Source: Felis catus (lineage: Eukaryota). From it: a DNA stretch of 64,000 bases. The position numbers and the translations under genes were made by a program. How positions within the stretch are numbered: the first letter of the stretch is position 1; each line of letters opens with the position of its first letter. Shown one piece after another: positions 11,570 to 25,530 of the stretch. Below the pieces are notes generated by a model. The model ran no database searches. It had not been told where the DNA came from and worked only from the letters and a program-made list of their open reading frames with translations. The stretch is from assembly GCF_018350175.1 (NCBI RefSeq), contig NC_058383.1:17982001-18046000 (forward strand). The letters run 5' to 3'.

Positions 11570-13339
11570 AGAACTATTTCATATCTTAACAACACCAGTG
11601 TGTGCCAAACGAACTTGACTCCTGTGGGGACGTCAGGAAGATTGTGGGCTATGCAAGTTCTAGCACGGGCAGTAGGCGGGAAAGCACCAGCATGATCCTG
11701 CATGGGGTGCCATTGCTGACAAGACTGCGTGTGGGGGCACCTGGGTGGGTCAGTCGGTTAAGTGTCTGACTTCGGCTCGGGTCATGATCTCAGGTTTGTG
11801 AGTTCGAGCCCCGCATTGGGCTCTGTGCTGACAGCTCGGAGCCTGGAGCCCGCTTCGGATTCTGTGTGGGTCTCTCTCTCTCTCTCTCTCTCTGCCCCTC
11901 CTCCACTTGTGCTCGGTCTCTGTCTCTCAAAAATAAATAAATGTAAAAAAAGAAAAAAGAAAAAGACTGCGTGTGGACCCCAGGCCTATAATAGAACAGG
12001 ACGCCTGGCCGGTTTGCTCTCACCTTTCCCAGCAAGGGTCTCCAGGCCTGTGTTTGCTTCTCTCACCACTTCCCAAGCCCCCACACTCTGGCCACATTGA
12101 GCTCCTTCCAGCAATTTCCACATCCGAGGCTCTTTGTTGCCTCCAGGCCTTTACTAAAGCTTTTCCCACTTTCTTGACATCTCTTCCCTCTTCTCTCTGC
12201 CTGGACAACTTCTACTATTTAATCTTCAGGCAACACATAGGCAACTCTTCCTCTAGGAAGCCTTTCTTTCTCCCTTCCTTTTTTTTTCTTAAGATTTTAT
12301 TTTATTATTATTATTATTATTATTTTTAAAGTAATCTCTACACTCAAGGTGGGGCTCAAGCTCACAACTCCGAGATCAGGAGTCTCACGCTCCACCGACT
12401 TGAGACAGCCAGGTACCCCCAGGAAGACTTTCTTGACCTCCAGATTTGAGTAGAGGCTCCTGTCATGTGGCCCATGGGTCCTTGTGTTCCTCCCTCATAA
12501 CCCTTATCGATGGCTGCAGTAGGTTCCGTGAGAACTGAGGGCCTGTGTGTCCCCAGCACTGACTGCCATGCCTGGAACACATAGTAGGTGCTCAATAAGT
12601 ATTCTTTGAGGGCGCCTGGGTGGCTCAGTTGGTTAAGCATCTGACTTCAGCTCAGGTTATGATCTCACAGTTTGTGGGTTCAAGCCCTGCATCGGGCTGT
12701 CTGCTGTCAGCGCGGAGCCCTCTTCGGACTCTCTGTCCCTCTCCTCTGCTCATGTTCTCTCTCTCAAAAATAAGTAAACATTAAAAAAAAAAGTATTCTT
12801 GGAAAGGGCTTGGAAGGGTGGTTTGAGGGGGAGACCACACTTACATAGAGCCCCAGAGTCTCAACAGCCCCAAGGAGGGAATTGAAGACTGGGGTCATGA
12901 CAAGGGATCATGCCAAACTGAGATTTGGGATACAAGGGATCTTGACAAGCCTCTTCCTGGCCCAAATGCCATGAGCTCTGAGCCCAGCCTGTTTCCAAAC
13001 TGTTTTTCTTTATACCCCTTTATCCCATACTCCAGCCCAGCCAGCCCTGGCCCCTTTCTGCCTCTGCTGTGTTCAAGCTTCTTTCCCACTCTGGAACACC
13101 CACTCCGGCTCTCCCATGGAGCCCTCCCACATCCTGTTCTTCTACCCTGTCCCGTGAGGATTTATTTGACCTTTTCTTAGGCTCATGGAGCATGGTTTTG
13201 CCCCTCAGTGGAAACAAGGCAGCCTACTGACTCACACTAGGTTATTTATGTGAAAACCACTGTCCTGGGTAACATACGTCTCTAAACACGGTGTGTGTGT
13301 GCGCGTGTGTGTGTATGTGATATGAACTAAGCTCTTCTT

Positions 13340-13966
13340 TTTTTTATTCAAGTATAATGAACATACAGTGTTATATTAGTTTCAGGTGCACAACACAGTG
13401 CTTCCACAATTCTGTACGTGACTTGGTGCTCATGGAAGTAAGTGCACTCTTAATCCCCTCCACCTGTTTCACCCATCCCCCACCCACCCCCCCCTCTAGT
13501 AAACCATCTGTTTGTTCCCTGTAGTTAAGAGTCTGTTTTTCTGTTTGTCTCTTTTTCCTTGGTTCATTTGTTTTGTTTCTTAAATTCCACATATGAGTGA
13601 AAGAAATCATGGTATTTGTCTTTCTCGGACTTATTTCTCTTAGCATAATACCCTCCAGATCCATCCATGTTGCCACCAATGGCAAGATTTCATTCTTTTT
13701 TTATGGCTGAGTATAAAAAAAATGAAATCTTGCCATTGGCAGCAAGGTAAATATACATATCTTCTTTATCCACTCATCTATCTATAGACATTTGGGCTAC
13801 TTACATATCTTGACTATTATCAATCATACTGCGGTAAACATAGGGGCACATATGTCTTTTTGAATTAGTGTTTTCATTTTCTTTGGGTAAATACCCAAGA
13901 GTGGAATTACTGGATCATATGGTAATTCTATTTTTAATTTCTTGAGTAACCTCCATACTATTTTCT
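13340..13966 (-). mobile_element. Carnivore L1 3' end fragment
   Basis: Antisense L1 3' sequence; ORF 13371-13685 (-) gives the L1-like peptide ATWMDLEGIMLREIS. Confidence 0.85.
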
Positions 13967-14432
13967 GAACTAACTCCTTAAAGGAGCTGTTTTAGACAGC
14001 AAACTCCTCCTTTTTTTTAAGCCTTGTTTTATTTTAAAATTATGGTTTTTGAGGCACCTGGGTGGCTCAGTTGGTTGAACATCTGACTCTTGATTTCAGC
14101 TCAGGTCACGATCCCAGGGTTGTGGGATTGAGCCCCGTGTCGGGCTCCGCACTGAGTATGGAGCCTGCTTGAGTTCCCTCTCTCCTCCCTCTGCCCCTCA
14201 CCCTGCTCAAGTGCTCGCTCTCTAAAAATAAAATAAAATAAAATAAAATAAAATAAAATAAAATAAAAAATGGTTTGTTTTTCTATCAAAATCGTAATAC
14301 ATATAATTTTAAGAATTCAAATAGCCTTCCAACGCTTGAAAAGCAATTCCTTGCACTCTCCCCCGCAAATCTCCCTCCTGTACAACTACTCTAGACTCTC
14401 TTGAGCTGTTTCTACTGGTATTTACCTCCATG

Positions 14433-14434
14433 TT

Positions 14435-14465
<31 letters not shown>

Positions 14466-14481
14466 CTTTCTTTTTCTTTCT

Positions 14482-14526
<45 letters not shown>

Positions 14527-14540
14527 TTTCTTTCTTTCTT
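14433..14540. repeat. (TTTC)n microsatellite at a SINE tail
   Basis: Seen directly in the sequence. Confidence 0.9.
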
Positions 14541-15715
14541 TTTAAGATTTTATTTTTTCAGTAATCTCTACACCCCATGTGGAGCTTGAACTCATAACCT
14601 TGAGATCAAGAGTTGCCCGCTCCACAGACTGAATTAGCCAGGGGCCCCATACCTCCATGTTTTCTAATAAGATACTGGCTTTTATTTCATTGCTTTTAGA
14701 CCTTGTGTCTTTTTCTTATAATTACTTTATGGAGTTAAAGTCACATACCAAATAATTCACACATTTAAGGTGTATCCTCGATGATTATTTCCCACATTCA
14801 TGGAGTTGTTCAGCCATTGCCATGATAATTTTAGAGCATTTCCATCCCTGCAAAAAAGAAACCCTGTACCCCATTTCTCTCCTACTTCTCCAGCCCCTGG
14901 CAACCACCAGTCTACTCCTGTTTTTATGGATTTGCCTTTTCAGGACATTTCAAATGAATGAATTATACAATATGTGGTCGTTTGTGCCTGGCTTCTTTCA
15001 CTTGCCATGATGTTTTCGTGGTTTATACATGCTGTAGCAGGTATCAGCATTTCATTCCTTTTATAGTTATATTTATTTATTTATTTATTTATGTATGTAT
15101 ATATGTATGTATTTATTTATTTATTTATTTATTATAAGTGGGCTTCACACCCATTGCGGAGCCCAACGCAGGGTTTGAACTCACAACCCTGAGATCAAGA
15201 CCTGAGCAGAGATCAGGAGTGGAACACTTAACTGACTGAGCTACCCAGGTACCCCTTATCCCTTCTAAAGCTCAATAATGTCCCATTGCATGGCAACGCT
15301 ACATTTTGTTTATTCAGTCATAAGTTGATGGTCATGTAGATTGTTTCCACTTTTTTGCAGTGATGAATAATGCTGCTTTGTGAACAAGTTTTCATACGTG
15401 TATAGGTTTTTATGTTTTCAGTTCTCATGGGCACATGGCTAAGAGCGGAATTTTGGGGTCATATATGGTTATGACCACATGGTTAAGCATGTTTTACCAT
15501 TTTGAGGTGCTGCACCATTATAGGTTCCCCTCTGCAGTGTGTGAGGGTTAAACATTATGCCTTGAATATCTGTTAGAATGGTTGAGGGTCAATGACAGTT
15601 GAAACTGGATTCGCAAATATGTAAACCGGATAAAAATGCCTTGGTTTTGAGAGACGTGGGGCATGTACCTGTCAGTCCCAGCAGGGGACAGAATCCAATT
15701 CCAATGGTTTTAGAA

Positions 15716-16145
15716 CAGTGGCATCCAATGGAACCTTCTGTAATGACTGCAATGTCTCTATCTGCGCTCAGCAAAATGGTGGCCACTAGCCACATTCGCT
15801 ATTGAACCTTGGAATGTGGCTAGTGCAATGGAGGAGGCACATTCTAAATTGTATTTAATTTTAAGTCATTTGAATTCAGAATTTTTTTACATTTATTTAT
15901 TTTTGAGAGAGACAGAGCACAAGTGGGGGGCAGGCAGAGAGAGAAGGAGACATAGAATCCAAAGCAGGCTCCAGGCTCTGAGCCGTCAGCACAGAGCCCG
16001 ATGCGGGGCTCTAACTCACAGACTGTGAGATCATGACCTGAGCCAAAGTTGGACGCTTAACCGGCTGAGCCACCCAGGCGCCCCTTAAGTCATTTGAATT
16101 CAAATACCTACATGTGTCTAGTGGCTATCATATTGGACAACACAG
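15716..16145. mobile_element. MER3-like hAT-Charlie MITE split by a SINE
   Basis: GCCACTAGCCACAT...ATGTGGCTAGTG...CATGTGTCTAGTGGCTATCATATTGGACAACACAG; (T/C)TAGA-type target flanks; internal SINE at about 15880-16084 with duplicated TTAAGTCATTTGAATTCA. Confidence 0.7.
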
Positions 16146-16799
16146 TTCTAGAGGCTTTAATATTAGGACTCTATGTAGAGGTGGGGATAGTTAGAAGAAC
16201 CTACAAGGAATGTGGAAACACTCGGGGCTTGGCCACAATGGAGAGCTGCTACTATGATCAGGGCTCTCTGGGAAGGGGAGGAAATCATGAAAGTTGGAGA
16301 TACAGAGGAGGAGGTAAAATTCTGATCACCAATTGCAGCGTATGCGTGCGTGTGTGTGTGTGCGTGTGTGTGTGGTTTGGGGAGCTCTGTGCCAGAAATG
16401 GGGACAGACACCAAATATATATTCCTTATAATAAGTTCCAATATCACAGGGATCCACCTGACAGATGCTAGACATGGGTTGGTGATGAAGCCAGTGTCAG
16501 AGATGTGACTCAGGTTAGGAAGGAATCTGGGAAGAAATATCCTGCCTTCGCTCTGCCTCTCCCTCTGATCTCCAGCCCATCCTACCTTTAGCCAAACCCG
16601 AGTGGAAGCCAGAGCGCAAAAGGACCTCCGAGGCATGGAGCAGAGCAGAGGCTGGATCTGGGGGTGGAAGGCACATGACAACCAGCCTAGGGTAACAAGC
16701 CTCAAAGCTTCCACCCCTTATAAGCTGCGTGTCCTTAGGCAAATCGCTTGAGCTCTCTGAGCTCCTATGATCCTCTCTGTGATTGGAGCAGTACCCACC

Positions 16800-18060
16800 T
16801 CACATGTCAATGCTGGGCCTTCGTCTCTTAATCAACACTCACTTTTAAGGTGAACTCGTCCAGACTCATGGCTTTAAACGCCATGCAAATGCTGACGTTC
16901 ATCAAATTTACATCTTCAGGGTAGGCCTTTTCTATGAGGTTTGGAACTTTCTACCCCCCCTTGGGTGTCTAATGGGCTTCTCAAACTTAACCTGTTCCCA
17001 GATAAACTCTTTATCTTCTCCTCCAAACCTGCTCCACCCTAGGCTTCCCATATCAGAAGATGCAATTCCATGCCTACAGTTTGTCGGGCCAAAAAACCCT
17101 GGTGTTGTCCTTGATCGTCTCTCGTGCACCCTCATATCCATTATGTTAAAAATGACCCTGTTGCTTGTACCTCAAAAGACGTTCGGCAGCTGACCACTTA
17201 TCTCCACACCCCCCCATCATCCTGGTTTGGACCTGGTGGTCTCTCTCCTGGCCAGTGCAGGAGCCTCCTCACTGGCCCCCTGCTCCCATGGTGCCCCCCT
17301 CCACACCCTGCGGCAGCCAGAGGGGACCTTTTCAAAGATGGAGCCCATCAACAGGTCTCCTTTGACTCAGAGCAAAAGTCCTTAAGATCACCTCACAGAG
17401 GGGAGGGGGGTGGCTTGTTGGCTCAGTCTGTTAAGTGGCTGGCTCTTGGTTTCATCTCACGTTTCATGAGTTTGAGCCTGGCATTGGTGCACAGCCTACC
17501 TGGGATTCTCTCTGCTTCTCCCCTGCTCATGCCCGCGTGCTCTCTCTCTCTCTCTCTTCTCAAAACAAGTAAACAAACTTAAAAGAAAAAGAGATCACCT
17601 CACAGGATATGGCCCTGTTTCCTCTCTGACCTCCCCCTCCTACCCTCGATCTGTGGTATGCCCTGCTCAAGCCACACTGGCCTCCCCTGGGTCCTCAGAG
17701 GACACCAAGCATGACCCAGTTTTGAAAAAGGCCTCCAACTTGGCGTTGTCCTCCCCTGGAATTCCTTTCCCCAGGGATCACATGGTTGGGGCCCCCACTG
17801 CCCACAGGTCTCTGCCCCGATGTCACCCTGACACCTCTCTGAGAAAGAGGCTTTCCTATAGAATAGCACCCCTTTACCGCTTTATGTTCCTCCATAATAC
17901 CTAACAGTATGGATTTTTCTAGAGTCTGTGTCACCTCAGGAGAAGGTCACCTCCAGGAAGACACATGAGTGGCACTTTATTTGGTTCATTACTATATCCT
18001 ATGCCCGACACATGGTTAGTATTCAACAAATATTTGTGAAATAAATGAACAAATATTGTG
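16800..18060. mobile_element. Ancient L2 fragments, including the L2 terminus, interrupted by a SINE
   Basis: CTCATGGCTTTAAA...TCTCAAACTTAAC and terminal ATTCAACAAATATTTGTGAAATAAATGAA motifs. Confidence 0.65.
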
Positions 18061-18699
18061 ACGTAGATCTTTTATTTCCATTTTAAAGGGCAGGAAGACT
18101 GAGGCCCGGGAAGGTGCCTGGTGCACAGTTTTGACTGGTGGAGTCGCCTGTGAGCTAGTTTGTCTGACTTCAAGACCCGGGCCCTTACTACTGATGCGTT
18201 GTCCATCGGCCATTACAACCATGACATCAACTGGCAATTGAAGTATGTTCTCACATGAAAACTATTTTTATTTTTTTTAATTTAATTAATTAATTTGAGA
18301 AAGAGAGAGAGAGAGAGTGCGAGTGGGAGAGGGGCGGAAGAAAGGGAGAAAATCCCAAGCAGGCTCCATGCTGTCAGCACAGAGCCTGATGTGGAGCTCA
18401 AACCCACAAACCGTGAGATCGTGACCTGAGTCAAAGTCAAGAGTCCGACACTCAACCAGCTGAGCCACCCAGGCACCCCAAAAACTAATTTTAGAAGTGA
18501 GTACTAGGAAAACACTGGACTCCTCTGAGGAACTAACTACTGCGTTTCCTCCTTTTTGATTAAGTCCTCTCATCATGTAAATTGTCCCTTCCTGGGTTAG
18601 TCCCAGGAAGCTCCCAGTCAAATGTGAAGTTGGTCCCTCTATGAGCCTTTTACTAGGCTTGGGTTTTTTTTTCTCATTAACCTCATCGTGTATATTCTT

Positions 18700-19458
18700 T
18701 TTTTTTTAATTAAAGCAAATGTGACATACAATTTTATATTAGTTTGAGGTATACAGCATAATTTGTATCAATATGATATGTCAATCAATATTCGTATATA
18801 TTGTGAAACCACCACAATATGTCCACTTAAGATCTATTGTGACACATAGCTACAAAGATTTTTTCTTATGATGAGAACTTCCAGTATCTACTCTCTAACC
18901 AACTTTTTTTTTTAATGTTTTAATTTTATTTTTGAGAGAGACAGAGGCAGAGTGCTAGTGGGAGAGGGGCAGAGAGAGAAACACACACAGAATCCGAAGT
19001 AGGCTCCAGGCTCTGAGCTGTCAGCACAGAGCCCGATGTGGGGCTTGAACCCACAAACCTTGAGATCATGACCTGAGCTGAAGTCAGACAACTGACTGAG
19101 CCACTCAGGCGCCCCTCTAACCAACTTTCAAATAAACAATACAGCATTATGAACTATATCATCAAGCTGCACATTACATCCTAGGACTTACTTATTTTAT
19201 AACTGGAAGGCTGTATCTTTTGACCCCCTGCACCCATTTTGCCCGCTCCCTCCTGTCCCCACCTCTGGCAACCACCCATCTGTTCTCTGTATCAATGAAT
19301 TCATTGTTTTGTTTTGTTTTAGAGTCCACCTATAAGTGAGACCGTATAGTTTTGTCTCTCTCTGCCTGACTTATTTCACTTAGCATAATGCCCTCAAGGT
19401 CCAACCATGTGGCCACAAATGGTAAGATTTCCTTCTTTTTTATGGCTAAATAATATTC

Positions 19459-19491
<33 letters not shown>

Positions 19492-20805
19492 TGTGTGTGT
19501 GTGTTACACATATAGCACTTTTTCCCCCATTCATCCATTGATGGACAAACACTTAGGTTGGTTCCATGTCTTGCCTATTGTAAATAATGCTCCAATAAAC
19601 ATGGCAGTGAAGATATCTTTTAAAATTAGTGTCTTCATTTCCTTCAGATAAATACCCAGAAGTAGAGCTGGTGAATCACATGGTAAGTCATCAGTTTTTA
19701 GGTTTTTGAGAAATCTCCGTACTGTTTTTCATAGTGGCTTCACCAATTTACATTCCCACCAATGGCACACAAGTGTTCTCTTTTCTTCACATCCTTACAA
19801 ACATTTGTTAATTCTTGTTTTTGTTTTTGTTTTTTATCGTAGCCATTCTAACAGGTGCAAGGTGATATCTCATTGTGGTTTTGACTTGTATTTCCTTGAT
19901 GATTAGTGATGTTGAACACTTTTTTATGAATCTGTTGGCCATCTGTATGTGTTCTTTGGGAAAATGTCCATTCAGATCCTCTGTCCATTTTTTTTAAGTA
20001 GGCTCCACACCCAATGTGGGGCTTGAACTCATGATCCTGAGATCAAGAGTTGCCTGCTCTACGGACTGAACCACTGAGAGGTGGTCCTCCTCTGCTCATT
20101 TTTAATTGAATTGTTTTTGTTATTGAGTTGTATAGTTCTTTATTTTTTTTAATTTTAAAAATTTTAAAAATGTTTATTTTTGGGAGCTTGGGTGGCTCAG
20201 TCTCTTGAGCCTCTGACTTCGCTCAGGCCATGATCTCTCGTGGTTCTTGAGTTCAAGCCCCACGTAGGGCTCTGCGCTGACAGCTCGGAGCCTGGAGCCT
20301 GCTTCAGATTCTGTGCCTCCCTCTCTCTCTGTTCCTCTCGCACTCATGCTCTGTCTCTCTCTCGATCTCTCTCAAAAATAAATAAACATTAAAAATTTTT
20401 TTTTAAATGTTTATTTTTTAGAGCAAGAGAGAGAAGGAGGGACAGAGAGAGGCCAGGTCAGAGAGAGAGAGAGGGGTCAGCATATCCGAAGCAGGCTCCG
20501 TGCTGACAACAGACAGCCTGATGCAGGGCTTGAACCCATGAACCATGAGATCATGATCTGAGCCGAAGTCAGACGCTTAACTCACTGAGCCTCCCAGTTC
20601 TGCTTTTTGATGTGGTTCCACTTGTTTATGTTTGCTTTTGTTGTCAAATCCAAAATATCTTCACCAAGACCCACATCAAGGAGCTTACCCTCTCTATTTT
20701 CTTCTAACAATTTTACGATTTTGGGTCTTATGTTCAAATCTTTCATCCATTTGGATTGATTTTATTATTTTTTTAATTAAAAGTTTTTTAAATGTTTATT
20801 TTTGA

Positions 20806-20845
<40 letters not shown>

Positions 20846-22296
20846 GCAAGCAGGGGAGGGGCAGAAAGAAAGGGAGACACAGAATCCAAAGCAGGCTCTA
20901 GGCTCTGAGCTGTCAGCACAGAGCCCGACGCAGAGCTCGAACCCACAAGCTGTTGAGATCATGACTTGAGCTGAAGTCAGAATGGACTCAGCCACCCAGG
21001 TGCCCCTTGAGTTGATTTTTGTGTATGGTATAAGATCAGGGTCTATTTTCTTTCTTTCTCAGAGAGAATCCTTTTTTTAATGTTTATTTATTTTGAGAGA
21101 GAGAGAGAAAGAGAGAAAGAGCACCCACACACGAGTGAGGAAGGGGCAGAGAGAGACAGAAAGAGAGAATCGCAAGCAGGCTTCATTCTGTCAGCACAGG
21201 GCCAGAAGTGGGGCTCGATCTCACAAACCATGAGATCATGATCTGAGCCAAAGTCAAGAGTTGGACGCTCAACTGACTGGACCACCTGGGTGCCCCTATT
21301 TTTTCTTTTTAATGTGGCCGTCCAGTTTTCCCAATACCATTCATTGAAGAGACTATCCTTTCCTCATTTGTATATTCTGGCTTCTTTGTCATAAGTGAAT
21401 TGACCATATGTGGGTGGGTTTACTTCTAGATTCTCTATTCTGTTCAGCTGGTCTGTGTGTCTGTTTCTCTGCCAATATCATAAAATTTTGATTACTACAG
21501 CTTTGTTTGAAATCAGGAAGCATGACGCAATACCTTCAGCTTTGTTCTTCTATCTCAAGGTTGCTTTAGCTATTTGGGGTCTTTTGTGGTTCCATACAAA
21601 TTTTAGGATTCTTTGTTCTAATTCAGTGAAAAAGGCCACTGAAATTGTTTCAATGTGATTATTGAATCTGTTGATTGCTTTGGGTAGTATGGACATTTTA
21701 ACAATATTAATTCTTCCAATCCATGAACATGGACTGTTTTTCCATTTATTTTTTTTTACTAAAAAATTTTTAATGTTTATTTATTTTTGAGAGAGGGAGA
21801 GAGACAGAGTGTGGGCAGGGGAGGGGCAGGGAGAGGGAGACGCAGAATCTGAAGCAGGCTCCAGGCTCTGAGCTGTCAACACAGAGCCTGATGTGGAGCT
21901 CAAACCCATGAGCCATTAGATCATGACCTGAGCCAAAGTTGGATGTTTAACCGACTGAGCCACCCAGGCGCCCCTGTTTTTCATTTATTTGTGTCATCTT
22001 CAATTTCCTCCATCAATGTCTTATAGTTTTCGGTGTAGAGGTCTTTCACCTGCTTCGTTAAATTTATTCCTATGCATTTAATTCTTTTTGATGCAATTGT
22101 AAATAGGATTGTTTTCTTAATTTCTCATTCTGATAATTCATTGTTAATGTATAGAAGTACAACTGATTTAGGGTGTCTGGGTGGTTCAGTCCGTGAGCAT
22201 CAGACTCTTGATTTCAGCTCAGGTCATGATCTTGCAGTTTGTGGGATTGAGCCCCATGTCCGGTTCTGAGCTGACAGTGTGGAACCTGCTTGGGAT

Positions 22297-22330
<34 letters not shown>

Positions 22331-22521
22331 GCCCTCCCCCACTCATGCACATGCTCTCTCTTTCTCTCAAAATAAATAAATACTTAAAAAAAGAAACACA
22401 ACTGAGTTTTGTTATTGATTTTGTATCCTGCAGCTTTACTGAATTCATTTATGAGTTCTAACAGCTTTTTGGTAGTCTTTAGTATTTTCTTTTTTAAATA
22501 AAATTTAAAAATTTTATTTAT

Positions 22522-22562
<41 letters not shown>

Positions 22563-23295
22563 GGGGAAGAGAGAGATGGGGAGAGAGAGAATCCCAAGTA
22601 GGCTCCACACCTGACGTGGAGCCCAACCAATGCAGGTTTGATCTCATGACCATGAGATCATGACCTGAGACAAAATCAATAGCCAGATGCCCAAACGACT
22701 GAACCACCCAGGTGCCTGTGGTATTTTCTACATATAATATCATGTCATCTGCAAATAGAGGGTTTTAGGAATAAATCCCACTTGAGGATGGTGTATGATC
22801 CTTTTATTGTATTATTGAATTCAGTTTGCTAATATTTTGTTGTGAATTTTTTTGTCTATGTTCATCAGGGATATTGGCCTCTAATTTTCTTTTCTTGTAG
22901 TGTCCTTGTCTGATTTTGGTATTGGGGTAATTCTGGCCTTGTAAAATGAGTTTGGAAGTATTCTTTCCACTTCTATTTTTCAGAAGAGCTTGAGAATGAT
23001 TGGTATTAATTCTTCTTTAAATGCTTGGTTGAATTCAGGAGTGAAGGCATCTGATCTTGGACTTTGGTTTGTTGGGAGGTTTTTGATTACTGATTCAATC
23101 TCCTTCTGGTGATCAGTCTGTTCAGGTTTTTTATTTCTTCACCATTCAATCTTGGTAGTTTTTATATTTCTAGGAATTTATCCCTTTTCTCTAGGTTTTC
23201 CAATTTGTTGGCATGTAATTGTTCATAGTAGTCTCTCAAGAGCTTTTGTACTTCTGTAGTATCGGTTGTAATGTCTCCTTTTTCATTTCTGATTT
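18700..23295 (-). mobile_element. Older L1 (3' UTR and ORF2 3' part) interrupted by many SINEs and microsatellites
   Basis: Continuous antisense L1 sequence (e.g. ATTCTTCCAATCCATGAACATGG, ATGTTCATCAGGGATATTGGCC) that resumes after each SINE TSD. Confidence 0.85.
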
Positions 23296-23856
23296 TATCT
23301 ATGTGCTTTGGACTCAACTGCCTCCTATTCCTTAGGAGAGATGTAAGTCATACGTGGCATCTTTGGGATTGTGAAATGTCTGGGCATGAGTCTTCTTTTA
23401 TTGGGCAGGCATTTCAGTCTGCAGCAAAAAGAATAAATTGTGGGGCACCTGGGTGGCTCAGTCAGTTAAGGATCTGACTCTTGATCTCAGCTCAGGTCAT
23501 AATCTCACAGTTGTGAGATCAAGCCCTGTGTCAGGCTCCGTGCTGAGGGCGGAGCCTGCTTAAGATTTTCTCTCCCTCTGCCCTTCTCCCTTGCTTGTTC
23601 TCCCCCACTCCCCCCCCCCCCAAAAAAAGAATAAATGGAGTCAGAAGGAATAAAATACATAGGAGTAAATTTAACCAAATAGCCTTTTATTGGAATGGGC
23701 ATTTCAGTCTGAAGATGCATTTTTTCAGCTAAATGAGTATCTTATGTTATTTCTCGAATAATTACCCCTTTCCTTTTTTTTTTTTTTTCTTTTCTTTTGG
23801 TTCTCTCTTCCTGGTGTGGTTGGCTTGAACCTCTTGGATTGATCGACTGTGTCTCT

Positions 23857-24277
23857 GTGGCGAGCACTACTCTTTGTCTACCAAAATCCAGTCATCCCCT
23901 CTCCCATTGGGAACATGGCTGAACTACATTTCCCAGCCTTCCTTGCAGTTACATATTATCATCCAACTGAGTTTTCACCAACAGAATATTTTGAAATTGA
24001 TGTTTAAGACTTCTAGGCATAAGTCTAAGAAGGTGGGCAAAGCATGCCTCCTCCATACTCTCTTTTCATCAAGACAGGAGATTTATCTCTGCAACAGTGG
24101 ATGGCAGAAAAATGCTAGGAAGGAGTCTGGTCCCTGAATGATGTGAGGTACAGAGCTGTGTCACCAACCACCACCACTTAACTTGGACTTGTTTCATTAA
24201 AGATAAATAATCTACTTTGTTCTTTTGGCTACCTTACTGGATCTCTTTGTTAGAGCACATAGATTTACCTGAAATAA
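23857..24277. mobile_element. Ancient MaLR/ERVL-type solo LTR (MLT1-like)
   Basis: CTACATTTCCCAGCCTTCCTTGCAG motif and a CTTTGTTAGAGCA-like terminus. Subfamily uncertain. Confidence 0.5.
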
Positions 24278-25388
24278 TGTGGCCTTACATGTTGTCTCTC
24301 ATATTTTCTCCTCCACCTTCTACTTTTGGGGAGGGTTATTTTCTAGGATAGTTTCTTTCTTTTATTATTATTTTTTTTTTATTTTAGACAGAGAGAGTGA
24401 GAGTGTGAGGGAGAGGGGCAGAGAGAGAGAGAGAGAGAGAGAGAGAATCTTAAGCAGGGTCCATATTCAGCGTGGAGCCTGATGTGGGGCTTGATCCCAC
24501 AACCCTGGGATCACGACCTGAGCTGAAATCAAGAGTCAATGCTCAGGGCGCCTGGGTGGCTCAGTCGGTTGAGTGTCCGGCTTCCGCTCAGGTCATGATC
24601 TCGCAGTTTGAGTTCGAGCCCTGTGTCGGGCTCTGTGCTGACAGCTTGGGGCCTAGAGCCTGCTTCCGATTCTGTGTCTTTCTGCTCCTACCCTGCTCAC
24701 ACTCGGTCTCTCTCTCAAAAATAAATAAAGATGAAAAAAAAAAAATAAAAAGAGTCGGATGCTCAACAGACCAAACCACCCAGGCACCCCTGGGATAGTT
24801 TCTTGATTGTATTGTATGTATGTATGTATGTATGTATGTATGTATTAAAAGCAAGAAGGGACTTACTGGCACAGGCCAGAAGAATACGGGACATAACACC
24901 AAGGAGTTTTTATTTTTAAGTAATCTCTACACCCAATATGGAGCTTGAACTCACAACCAAAATCAAGAGTCACATACTCTACTGACTGAGTCAGTCAGGT
25001 GCCCTTCTTGATCTTATATTCTAGCACTTTTATAATTCAGTATCACAGTTTTAATTTCTTTTTTAAAAAAATTTATGTTTCTTTATTTTCGAGAGAGACA
25101 GTGAGAATGCAAGTTGAGGAGACGCAGAGAGAGAGGGAGACACAGAATCCGAAGCAGGCTCCAGGCTCCGAGCTGTTAGCGCAGAGCCCGATGTGGGGTT
25201 GAACTCACAGACTATGAGATCATGACCTGAGCCGAAATTGGACACTTATCTGACTGAGCCACCCAGGCGCCCCTCACAGTTTTAATTTCTAATAATTCAG
25301 TCTTGTACTCTATTTCTTTTTCATAGCATCCTGTTCTTATTTTAAGGAAGCAATATCTTCTCAAAATTCTCCAAGAATATCAGATCTC

Positions 25389-25444
25389 CCTCCCTTCCTT
25401 CCTTCCTTCCTTCCTTCCTTCCTTCCTTCCTTCCTTTTCTTTCT

Positions 25445-25481
<37 letters not shown>

Positions 25482-25489
25482 TTTTTTCT

Positions 25490-25526
<37 letters not shown>

Positions 25527-25530
25527 TTTC
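25389..25530. repeat. Compound (TTCC)n(TTTC)n pyrimidine microsatellite
   Basis: Seen directly in the sequence. Confidence 0.9.
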
